From: the human T2T-CHM13v2.0 reference genome, Homo sapiens
Length of the DNA: 64,000 nucleotides
Reading direction: 5' to 3' (one strand)
NCBI RefSeq assembly: GCF_009914755.1
Contig: NC_060927.1
Part shown: one piece after another, positions 14,606 to 27,759 of the stretch
How positions within the stretch are numbered: position 1 is the first letter of the stretch
Layout of the letters: each line of letters starts with the position of its first letter
Translations under genes and position numbers: made by a program
The notes under the pieces: model-generated
The model's input: the letters and a program-made list of their open reading frames with translations, nothing else
Told to the model about the DNA's origin: nothing
Databases searched by the model: none

Positions 14606-15407
14606 AGGCTGCTGCTCTCAAAACAATCTACAATGGTGGAATCGATGCATGGATGCAAACAGGTAAACAATCATGCAAACTGCAGCATAAATGCTATAAG
14701 AGATGTGGGAGTGAAGTGCTTTTTGGCAGGAATCAAAGTAATAAATTTGTGATGAACTTGAAAAGGTCAATATGCACCTATCTGCTAACAAAATATCTGG
14801 TGAGGCTACAATGTGGAACTCCATTTCAAGCAGAGGAAGACACCATCTGAGGGAGACACAGCAATGCCACAGAACGTGGAAAATGTAAGACTTGGGGAAG
14901 GGGGATGGTTTATAATCCCACTGTAACTTGGAAGGAACATTGAGAAATAGAAAATAGAGTGACATTATATTCTAATGACCCAGTGACAATAACAGTCTTA
15001 CTAGTGTGCCAGCTCAGGTCATATATTGTGTAATATATGGCTTCATTTCCACTTTTGACCAATAGCTACACACAAGAGGTGGTAAAACCCCGTATAATTT
15101 GGTCAAAACAATATTGGGCTGGAAATCAGAACCTCTGGCTGCTAATATGGGGTATATCAATCATGAGAGGAAATCTGAACATATTTTTTTCTCTAGACCT
15201 CCATTACCTTATTGATAAAATGAATGGAAAAAACCTAGATTATTTCTGATCCATTCTATCTCTAAGATTGTGTTTCCTACACTTGAAATGCAACATTTGA
15301 AATCTTCATTGTTTGCATGAAAAGATTCCACCTGGGAAATAAAACCAGGCTATTGACTTGTTATAAATGGAGAGCTATTTGATTGCATCATAAACTGTAA
15401 TAGATCC

Positions 15408-15832
15408 TGTGGAAGTGGGGAAGCTACTCCTGTCTCCTTGGAATTAGTGCACCCTCAAATTCCAATGGCCTGAGGGCTTTCTCTGGTGGCCAGAGGCTCC
15501 TTGGCCCCATTGAATAGGTTGGAAATCCAGAGAATAATTCCTCTTGGAAGCAGCCATGAACAATGACTATTGTAAGTTGGTAGACAAATGTCCAAGTTCT
15601 CTACTCTACAGGTAGGATAATTCTGAAGTTGGACATCCTCAGGATTCCCCAGCAGGACTGAGTTTCCATTACTCACATGACAACTGGTTTGACAATGTAC
15701 ATTTTACTGGCTACCTCCCCTTTCCTGTGTCACTACTCATTCATCTACTGGGATTTTCTAGATTCACCTCTGAAATAAAACATCTGCACTCGAATTCTTG
15801 TCTCAAGACCTGCTTCTAGAGAACCCTAAGAC
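15408..15832 (+). mobile_element. LTR16-family ERVL solo LTR
   Basis: 3' end aaataaaacatctgcactcgaattcttgtctcaagacctgcttctagagaaccctaagaca. Confidence 0.75.
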
Positions 15833-15944
15833 ATATACTAATACACAGGTGAAAATACAACTACACTCCACTGTCAATAATTTTTAGGATTGGTTTAAAT
15901 GTACTTCCTACACTTGGGTGCAAGTAAAATCACATTTTCAATTA

Positions 15945-16268
<324 letters not shown>

Positions 16269-16611
16269 CTAACCTCAATGCTCATTGTTCAGACTCTCAT
16301 AATGATTCAAAGGTGAACAACTCTACTCCCTCTATGCCAAACTGGGGCATGGAGATTTTTGCAGTTGTTCACAAATATGTAAAATCTAATGTGCAGTCTC
16401 TACCATAGATGTGTTGCCTCACTGTGGCCCTATGACCTCCTTGACATGCTGGAAACCCATTATTTCCTTCTTCTATGGAAAGCCCCATTTTGGTTTAAGG
16501 CACTCCACCTTGTCCTCCTCTAACTTCCAGTGCTGGTAGCCATCTTCTCTGACTTTGAAGGTCTGAAACATGAAAACGAAATCTTTCATGTCTGAATGTG
16601 TGAGTTTGGGT

Positions 16612-16614
<3 letters not shown>

Positions 16615-16688
<74 letters not shown>

Positions 16689-16694
16689 GAGAGA
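16615..16694. repeat. Compound microsatellite (TG)n(AG)n(ACAG)n(AG)n
   Basis: Seen directly in the sequence. Confidence 0.97.
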
Positions 16695-17790
16695 ATGTGT
16701 CAGAGAAAAACAAAACAGAAAGGATAACTTAATTTTCTCCTGAAAACCCAACAATGTTCTCTCTTTCTGAATAGGGAAAATAAAATGCTTTATTCCCCAC
16801 TACAATTCCCCAAAAGAAATGAAACTAGTGTTGAGATGTGTGCAGCTGTTATTGCTGTTAAAATAACTCATCCTATATCACCTTGTGAAAGTTTGAACTT
16901 CATGTGCCTAGGAACTGGCAGGGATAGATAAAAAGGAAAAGGCAAACAGGCATTTTCTCCTTTTAAGATAGAAGACTTTTAAATATTACTTTTGCATAAG
17001 AGGGGCTCAAATCTTCATCTTCAAGATGTGGCACTCCCTTAGGTATTTAAGTTGTGCATAGGTTGTCTATTTCTCTATATACTAGTCTTGGAAGAGATTA
17101 CCACTTATATAGTGGCAGAGGTAAAATTGGTCAGGTACTTTTAGTGGCCAGACCACTCTCTGAGAATAATTTTCTTAGTAGATGTAACTAGGATTTGAGA
17201 CTAGCCCTAGTAAATGATATGGCCATTTTAATAAGCAAGCTGGATACCAATTCTCTTCAGATGTATGAAAAGAAACCCTCTTGGGGCAAAAAAAGAGTTC
17301 TAATATGGAGAGATTTCATTTTCAATGACGTAACCTCTTTTCTCTTTGCACTGTCATACATAGCTTCCATGTAGAGTCAAAATGTTAAATATTTGAAAAA
17401 GGGAGAATTTATATACCTGAACAAGGGTAGTCAGTTCTGTTAATGAGAGCAGGCTGCTAATGATGTCAGAGTCACAACTTTGATCTGTATCTGATTTATT
17501 AATTTCCAGTTTATCTATACCTTTATTTTCTCCTATCAACCCCCTGCCGACCATCTGCCTAACGCTTTCAAAGGGGTGACTAGTTATTTGTCTGGCTATC
17601 AATCCAAATATCACCACAAAAAAATCAAAACAAAACCCTTAAAACAACCTATTCTGCTAAGGATGGAACAGGAAATAAGTGAGTAGCCACAATATTTTTC
17701 ATTGGAAAGATGAGGTTATAAGTGATTTGCTTACTGGTAAGGCGAATCATGCAATTCCACTGAGTTACTTATGAACACAATCTGATCCTA

Positions 17791-17804
17791 GTTGTCATGG
17801 CAAC
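17791..17804. promoter_or_regulatory. RFX X-box motif
   Basis: GTTGTCATGGCAAC, 13/14 to the palindrome GTTGCCATGGCAAC, in apparently unique DNA. Confidence 0.5.
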
Positions 17805-20169
17805 ATACAAAAAAAAGTGGAAAGAGTTCACGATTACATTTTCTTGAAATGATCCAAAATATTAACTGTAAGTATGTGAATTCTGTAGAAAATGTTATTT
17901 AAACTTTTTCTTGGAATCTCGGAGCTGCTGCTGGATTCCAAGAGATGTCTGCCTGCAGCTGTTCAACCATTATAATCCCCCTCTGTGATGAAAGCAGAAA
18001 AGCAATGAAGATTTGAAGAAAATAGAAGTCTTGCTTCACCCTCAGGACATCTTTCTCTAACACCCCCCTCCATTAATATACAAGGCGTGAAACATTAAAT
18101 GTCACATCCATGTCATACTCTAATGCCACTGCACTGTAGAATCAAAGTGTAGAATTCTTTTGCCAATGCGACTTGGGATAAAAAGAAATCCCACTAACCA
18201 GAATAAAAGGTCAAAAACATAATTCTTAGTTTTCCTTCACATTTTCTACCAAATGAGGACAAATTGGGGAGAAAAATCCTAGGCTTTTGAGACATCATTT
18301 TCTCAGTGTTCTAGTAGAAAACAGTGCCCTGAATAAGAAGGTCACAAAAACCACCAAACACTCCTCTATCATATGTGAATAAAAACCTATAGCTTCATCC
18401 AAAAAAGGAAATGCATAAAACCTTTTAGGAAGAGAGGCCACTGTTGTATCTTCTTTTGAAATATTTTTTATTGGTATTGTTTTTCAGAGGAGAGATCTGA
18501 TATTTTCTCTCACAATCATGAACTTAAAAATGGTACTATGAAAGGAATAATTAACCACTGATCATTATTTTCCTTCCCAGCAAAACAGAACTCACTCTAC
18601 CAATGAAGGACCATTAGTATTTAATGCTGGAACTCTCTTGCACATGACTCTCATATCTCTACTTCTTGCATTGATGAGATTTCAACTGGGTTTAGTGACT
18701 AAGAGTTTGTGTGAGAATTTGAACAAGGCTATTTTTCCCATTGGTTTACCCAAAATTGTCTGCAACTGTCAGCATTTCTGTGTGCAGGCTGCTAGGTGGG
18801 ATTAAATATATACGTCCTTCCACTTCTCAGCGGATACAAGTTCTCAGGTCAGCCAGGAACATTTCTATTCCAACATGATGACTCTGTAGGCTTTAGTGTA
18901 AGCACACAAGCCACACTAGAGTTGTAGGGTGCTGCTCTGTTCTCGTGGGATATGTAAACACTCAGTTGTTCCTAATGTGTTATAGGAAACAGGTATTAGG
19001 GATTAGCTTTTTCTCTAGGCTGCTACTCTATAATTCAACTAGTTTGTTCTCTTCTACCTTCCAGTGTGAAAAGAATTCATTATTCCAATTTTACACCAGT
19101 GTTTTCCATCTTTCTGTGTGTGCAGAACATTTTCAAAAACAAATGTTTGAGCAGCACCCCTGAAGTCAACAGTAATTTCAACCTAAAGCCTATTACAAAA
19201 GGACAATATTTTGTAGCTTCAGTAAATGGGTCCACAATGTTGCCTTGCTCTCTTGGTCACCCTCAGACCCTGTCTTTTTAAGTAAGATTGTTGTGCTGTT
19301 TGATTCAAGAATTGGGTGCTGGGAATGCAGTACTGGTGAATAAACAGACATAGTTGCTGTCATCATGAAATGTATGTGATGGAGATGGAGACAGGAGCTA
19401 AGCAGATAATTACATACAATATTTAGCTGCATTGTGATCAGCTTAAAGGGGAGAAAGACAAAACAAATGACAAATTTAAATATTGTTACAAGTAAACATT
19501 TTCTCTGTTTCCTCTCCTCCTTCTCTTTCTCCTTTAAAAAGCTTGGGGAAAAGTGATCAGTATATTCTGTTCACATTACCAATCAGCAACTGTTAAATAC
19601 CCTGACAACACCAGATGTTGATTCCAAAATGAATGGCATCTGGTCTAGTACATGAGAAACAGCACACGCAAGTGCAGGCCTGGGCTCTTAAACGTGCCCT
19701 GAGACATCTTGGAGGATCTAGGGGAATTTTAGGATGGTATTAGCAACTGGTACTCCACCAGCCTGGGTCCTCTGGGAATCTGCTGTGGTTTCAACATGCT
19801 CCCAGAGATACTGCTATCTCTCACAGCCTTCATCAAAAGCAGGGTGTTCACCAAAGCCAGCCTTGTACCCTTGTGACCATGGCACACTGCTAATTAAGGG
19901 TAAGGAAACAAAACGGAAATAATATCTGAAGCCCTTGCCACTCTGAGGATATTTGTGAATGTCAGGGAGAAGAAAAAGCAACTTTCAAGAACCAGGGGGG
20001 GCAATAAAAAGCACTGGATGGAGAATCAGGGGAGGTATGTTCTTGTTCTGGCTGTGTCTCTAAAAGGTTGCTCTGAAATGGTGGGCAGTCCATTCCACCT
20101 CTCTGGCTCTCACCCAGAGGTGAATGAGTTGGCTAGATTACCTCTAAAAAAAGACAGATTAACGAAGTG

Positions 20170-20400
20170 ACTAACAAAACAGACTTTGGAGACAGTGAGA
20201 TTTGGACTTGCATCACTTCCCTCCCATTTTACAAGGTCAGAAACTTAGGAGGGTTACTTAGCCCCTCTAAGCCTCAGTATCCTCATTTGTAAAGTGGAGA
20301 TGATTATAGAACATACCTCAGGATTGTTTTAAGGATAGAATTAAATAAAGCAAATAAAGTACTTGTCACAGTGCCTAGCTAAGTGCTAAGTATTAACTAT
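20170..20400. mobile_element. MIR
   Basis: ctctaagcctcagtatcctcatttgtaaagtggagat core. Confidence 0.8.
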
Positions 20401-20551
20401 TTTTTTTTGTTTTTTTAGAAAATTTATGTAATTCCATTGCTTTGTATGTAAATTAAGGCAAATGAGTCGTCGTGTAATTTTTCATGTAACCATGTAATGA
20501 TATTGAAAAATTCTACTTGCCATTTCTTTTTATCAGTTTGCACTCTTGAGA

Positions 20552-20570
20552 TGTGTGTGTGTGTGTGTGT
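20552..20570. repeat. (TG)n microsatellite
   Basis: Seen directly in the sequence. Confidence 0.9.
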
Positions 20571-21949
20571 ATCAATGTATGCATGGGTTGATAAGGACAC
20601 TTATTCACTTAGTAAGTATATACAACACAGTTTTGATATGAAAATAACACTCTGCTAGTGCTATTACCATGTAGATACAAGTACAATCTAACTTTCGTTT
20701 CTTGAAACATAATTGGGGGTGGGGGTGGGTAAGAAACACTCACAAAATAAGAGTTTAAAGAAATAATCAAATGCCAAATTAGAGGAAAAATGGTGAGTGC
20801 TATGGGATACAAACGAAAACACTCACACCTCACTATTAATTTACTGGCTTTATAAGAGAATTAAATTAGGACTTTATCTAAAGAGATTAATCATAGAAGT
20901 ATTAAAAAGGGCCTCTATTAGACAGCCTGGCTGGTAAAATAGTCCTCTGATCTATAATTAAAGGAACACTCCTGTGTGTATATAAAGTATAAGCCCTTCT
21001 TCATTCAGTATATTGTATCACAAAAGGATACAAAATGAAACATTAAAACTTGTTACAAATTACATTATTTGTCATCATTTATAAAATCTATAGTTTGGGG
21101 ACTTTGGTCAAATAAGATTGATCTATTTGTGTTACCACTTGATTAATAAAAATAAGTGTTTCCAAGATGTGTGTTGGTCTCCATGCAGCAGAGATGTTTT
21201 GCTATTGTTTGAAAATACTAAGGTCGTATTATTTCCTCCTCAATCAGTGGTTTTGGTAATGAAATTTGATTGATTTTATGACCTTTCCTAGTCCCTTTAT
21301 AATTTTAATGATAAAAAGGTAGCATCTAGATTTGATTGTACCATAAATTGCAGCTTGGCTCATGGACATGTATTGTGGTGATTACCTTCTCCTGCTATGT
21401 ACCACTGACAAACACAGCTCAGGGCTGTCCATCAATCAAGTCAATGGATACTGAAAAAGGCCTGTGGATCACTCCATTCTCCAAACTTAGTGGGTATCTT
21501 AATTCTGATACACCTTCCCCCGGGCTCCCAATGTAAAATACCTTGGGCCACTGCTTCAGTGGACCTTCATCCCTGATAAGGCTGTTTTTTTCCAGGAAGT
21601 ATGATGGTCATATTTGTTTTAGATCCCATCTTAGTAAAAGATTTCATCTGCCACCCTGTGGCAGTGTAACTACATCACTAGAAGGGGTAAAATTGTTAAT
21701 AACCTTCATCTGCCACCCCAAACACCTCAGAAATAATTTTCTTTAAAATATTACAATTACTGATTATTATCTGAAACAGATTTTTCTCTTTAAATTTATT
21801 CATATCATCTTTCAGTTTAGCCTCCTCCAGGATAACTACACAGCTGATTCCCATATGCAACAGGAAAGTCAGGAGCTGAGCTCTGCTTGCTGCTGTTCCT
21901 GAAGAGTGACTACTTACCACTTATGCCTCATCCATTGTCAGCTGTTCAC

Positions 21950-22575
21950 CAATCACTACTGAGTATATTCCAGGCACAGTTTTATGTCCTATACATGGGT
22001 TATTTTGTTTGATCCTCCAAGGGATGCATGGGGTGGGTATTTTCTTAACCTCTATTATTCTAATGGGTATTATTCTCTATTATTCGGATGGGTATTAACC
22101 TCTATTATTCTGATGGGTAATGAGGCTCAAAGAGGTAAGGGACTTGCTCATAGGACCTCATCTAGGAACTGAAGGCAGTGGCATTAAAAAACCCAGAAGT
22201 CCTGGCGCTGAAGCCCATGCTGTTAATCACTATAGTGCATGTTTGCTTACCTCTACAAACACTGGCCAAACACTGGATCATTATCTTGCATTGAAATAAT
22301 TTTCCTGTTGCATTAGTTTATACAGTAGTAAAATAGAGAAAAGACTCTGGGCTCAGACTGCCCAGCTTTTAATTATTACTCAACTACATTATCCATATGG
22401 CCTTGAGTAAGTTATTTAACCTCTTTGAACTTAATTTGCTCCTATTCCAAGATGGGAAAAACAACAGGATCTTATTCTAAGGGTGGGTGTTTGGGAAGAT
22501 GTAACATGATAAAACAGGCCCACTTAGTATAATGCCATGTGCTGAGTGCTCAATAAAGATTACTGAGTATTATTA
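21950..22575. mobile_element. Two adjacent MIRs in opposite orientation (~21950-22230 and ~22320-22575)
   Basis: Both carry MIR cores. The first has an internal ~24-bp tandem expansion. Confidence 0.7.
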
Positions 22576-23439
22576 TTACGGTATAATTATCAAATATTAT
22601 TATTCAATAAAATAGGGATGTGACACTCTGTTGTCCAAAGAGACATCAAGACATCTAATAACTTAGGGCTTTCTGGGTGAAGGTTGTGAAGAGGAAACAG
22701 GAGAGAGGGCAGGTAGTTTCACATACACACAAGAAGAAAAAGGCAAAATACTGACGAACAGGTGCTAGAGTAAGCAGTTTCAGCCAAACCCATCACACAG
22801 CTTCCAGCCCCATGGAATTATTATGATTTCCCTTTCCTATTAAGGAGTCACATCTGGATATAAAGTTCAAAAGCAGACTTTGTCAGAATGAGCGTGCGCA
22901 AGAGCTGCTTCCACAGATATCCTGGCTGCTGTTCACAGTGCTCGGGTTTTATGTCTCTTGTTTTATCCTGAATTATTTATCCTGAGCATCTGTGTTACAT
23001 TATCTTTACGTAACATCACAATGGAAATGGGAGAATGGGCGCTCTTTTCTTGTTTGCCCACTGACAGTAAATGTGCCCTGCAGCTTCCAGGTGTCTTTTC
23101 TGCCTTTCTTCACTCACTTATCGAGCTATCTCCCTGTCAAGTGGGGCACATCCCATCTCCTTGGGGGCTGAGTGAAGCCAGCTTCCAGTCAGCTTGGGGA
23201 TCACAGATGGTCCCAGCTCCACTTAAAGATAAGACCAATCGATCCTTTCTAAGAGCTCCACAGCTAAGCAGCTCATACTGCAGACTGAATTTCATTTTTC
23301 AGCCACCAAAATACAAATGTCCTCTGCAGGTGGGCTTGGAATCCCATGGCCCAGACTAAATTGGAAACTTTCTGGACATCTTGACTATTTGGCAAGCTAT
23401 TTCAGAGCTCCCCATCTAAACTTTTTACAATGAACCTAG

Positions 23440-23690
23440 AAACAGTAGTAATTATTATTCAACAACACTAATATGTGTTAGGCATTTAATATATGCTAGG
23501 AACTAAGTCACATACTTTACCTTGACTCGTTAAGATTTACTACAACCCTATGAGATAGGCACCTTATTCCCATTTTTAAAAAATGGAAGAAAATTAAGTT
23601 CAGAGAAATTAAGTGACTTGTTCAAGTTCAATATCGATTAGGCACTAAAACTAAGATTCAATCCTGAATCTTAGCCCGTGCTTTTTCCTA
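23440..23690. mobile_element. MIR
   Basis: acaaccctatgagataggcaccttattcccatttt...aagtgacttgttcaag. Confidence 0.75.
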
Positions 23691-23694
23691 CTTC

Positions 23695-24690
<996 letters not shown>

Positions 24691-25269
24691 TAAAAATCAT
24701 GGGGTTCCACAGTCTGCCTATGGCTGTTGCTATGAAGAAACTGAGTTCCAATGTCAGCATCAGGGATCTCTATTGTATTGTACATCGTGAGTGAGGTGAA
24801 CCATGTTGAAGCAGACAGCTGAGCCACAACTGTAGAAATGGTCACTTCCTACACCCATAAGCTGTAAACTTTGGCCAAATCATGGAGTGGGGTCCTGAAG
24901 AGAAGATCTCCATCAGAAAGGCAAGTTTTGGATCTCCTTGTTCTTGAACAGTTCCTGGCTGAGAAGGAGTTCAGATTGCAATAGCATTTCAAGAATCCGA
25001 ATCCTTTCCTACCCTATCTACATGTTAATGCCCTTTAGAAGCAGATGTCTAAAAAGTAAAGGACTTTACTAGCCAGCTGGGTGTTTAAGTCAGCTGGGAA
25101 TCCTAAAAATGGGGGTGTATCTTCTGTAATGGAGTTGCTTATCAGTCCTCCAAAGACCAGGAACCAACTCAGACTTAGGAAGTCTTCCATTCAGTGTCAT
25201 CATTTTGCATGAAAAGCCGAGTCTGGAGCCAGGCACTGCCATGGCCCAGCTCCAAGAGCTAGTAATGAT

Positions 25270-25535
25270 TATGACGGCAAATAATAATGATAAATAATAT
25301 TAATGGAAAATTTAGTAATATCCAAGCATCGTTCTAAAATCTTGACAGTTACTGAGTCATTTAATGCCGATGATAACCCAAAGAGTAGCTACTATTACTT
25401 ATTATTATTTTCATTTTCAGGGCACAGAGTATTTAAATAACTTGTACAAGGTTGTGTGGTTATTAAGTGGCAGAACTGGGATTTTAATTATGGAAGTTTG
25501 GCCTTAGAGTCCATGCTCTTAAACACACACTACAT
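25270..25535. mobile_element. MIR
   Basis: MIR-like sequence directly after the SCAN-like segment. Confidence 0.7.
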
Positions 25536-27352
25536 TGGAATGCTTCTAAGCAAAATGGAGCTCCCCACCTTGCCCAAAGCTGCCTCACTGTCTTCTTCAC
25601 AATCTCCAGTATCCTAGGTTCCTTTGCTTACTGACTCCAGAGAAGCAACAATCACTTCATTCTACCTGGTCTGAATGGATCTCATTCATTTAGACAAAGA
25701 GGAAGGCCAATGAGTCTCAATGCTTCAAGGTCTCAGTTTTCGGTTCTCCACATTGGCCAAGACTTTTCAGACCTCTCTTTCCCTGAGAGTGTGTTGAGGG
25801 TACCTAGTGGTTTTTTATTGGGTTCAGGTTTCTTGTGTTACTTCAGAAGGTAGGTCCTGAGCCTGCAGACTGAAAATTCTGGCTTAGCTGGCCTTCAGAG
25901 CTCTAGCAGCTGAGCCCTCTGGAAAACTTAGCCCTGAAAATAAATGATACTTGCCTAGTAAAACTCATCGCAGCTGGCACAACTTGCAGAGTTGAGTCTC
26001 TGTAGGAAGCATAAGCGACTAAGAGACATTGCCTTTATGGATTTGGGATGCTAAGTTAAACAGTGCATAATTTTCATTGGTATGACATTATTTTGGAGGA
26101 GAGGCCTGAGATAGCATTCTTAAAGAGGAGGTATTTCTATCATAGCAGATTGGTCCTGGAGACCTTTGACTCACGACATGCAAAATCATAAACTGAAGTG
26201 TCTTGTATGCTAAATTTATTCAGAAAAATAGAGATCCCGTCGCTGAAGATATGAAGACTGCAGCTGAAACTCATGTGGAGCTGCCTTTGGGGAAGTCTTA
26301 GGGCTTGGATTATGGAGACAAGGGCCAGGACATGATTCTGGACAGGGCATCGATGTCTTACATGAAAAGGAAACAGAGATTCTGGGATCTCATTTTCCTG
26401 TGTTGCTGAAAGTCTTGTCTCTCCTTAGGGACTGCCTGACTGCGTGAAATTCAATTCAATGATATTGTAATTCAAATCCTGCCAGTCACAACATCCTGCC
26501 TGTAATCTCAGATGACAAGGTGATCCTCAAAGTGGTGGGGCTGGTTTAGGGGATTCGTGGGAAAGAAGAAAAGGTATGCCATTTGGCAAGCTGTTAGTTT
26601 GGGCAATTTTGCTTCTTGACAGATGTACCTTTGTCCCAGAATGTCCCAGGAAACAGGGCAAATCCTGGAGACACCCAACTATCTAGTGTTACCATACACT
26701 GAATTAGGATTCTATCAAATTTTCCAGCAAACAGAGGAAATAGTGTCTACAAATAGCTATGTGACTTTGGGCATGAGTGCCAGCACTTGTCATTAACAAA
26801 CTACCTCATTACCTTTGATTCTTACACCTTTCTGAAATGGTGGGACTGGAGAAGGAAAAATATATGTCATTATATTTATTCTGCCATTACTAGCACCATA
26901 AGACTATTTAACTCCAAATTAATTTTGTCTATTAAGCTGTTGTGACTCTGATGTAATCCTTCCTGTTAAGACAATAAGATTTGTTTTTAAAAATATATGA
27001 TACATGATGCAAGATTTGAGTAATCATTTTGGTGACCAAGATCATTAAAAGAAACCAGTAGTATTCCTGGATTTGGACAACAAGGGCCCGAGAACCTTAC
27101 TTTAGTGGCCTCGCATATCAAAATACTGAAAAAATAAACTTACTAAAAAACACGTGGCCCTTCTGTCAATTGGGATTTAGCCTTCCACACTGTTGCAGCG
27201 TGATCCATAAGTTTAATCATCCCCTCCTGGGACTGACCCTATTCAGGCTCAGAAAATGTTTCTGCACATCTCCAATGTGCAGAAACAAAAGATGTACTCA
27301 AACAAAAGATGATTTCTACCAAATATCGTAAAGATGTTTGGGTTGAGCAGCC

Positions 27353-27655
27353 TGGATGGAATTGGAGACTGTTATTCTAAGTGATGTAACTCAGAAATGG
27401 AACATCAAACGTCGTACGTTCTCACTCATAAGTGGGACCTAAGCTATGAGGACACAAAGGCATAAGAATGACACAATGGACTTTGGGGACTCAGGGGAAA
27501 GGGTAGGAGAGGGGTGAGGAATAAAAGACTACACATTGGGTACAGTGTACACTGCTTGGGTACACACAGATCTCAGAAATTACCACTAAAGAACTTACTC
27601 ATGTAACCAAACACCACCTGTTCCCCAAAAACCTATTGAAATAAAAAATAAATTA
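27353..27655 (+). mobile_element. L1PB/L1MA 3'-end fragment
   Basis: gacacaatggactttggggactcagggg...aaaacctattgaaataaaa. Confidence 0.9.
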
Positions 27656-27759
27656 GAAAAAATTGTGGTTTGTAGTGCTTCTGACATAGGAGCCAGATGC
27701 TGCTATGGAATGTGGGAAGGTCTTGAGAGCTAGAAGAGCTTAGGTCAGAGATAGGCAAA

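Larger units (their letters stand above)
24720..27730 (+). pseudogene. Decayed SCAN-domain (probably SCAN-KRAB-C2H2 / ZKSCAN-type) gene fossil
   Basis: 24922-24957 translates QVLDLLVLEQFL, the SCAN hallmark. Other SCAN-like pieces: LASWV..NPKNG, EVFH..FC, EPGTAMAQLQEL. A KRAB-A-like 125-nt AG..GT segment lies at 26006-26130 and MECGKV at ~27705. There are many stops and frameshifts. Confidence 0.5.

Noticed and set aside
22958-23359. 133-aa ORF and similar 100-130-aa ORFs in unique DNA
   Set aside because: Non-ATG starts or low-information peptides with no domain or splice support.
26205-26301. YAKFIQKNRDPV peptide resembling the myosin motor F.EKNRD motif
   Set aside because: It is isolated, bounded by stops and has no other myosin motifs, so it is likely chance.
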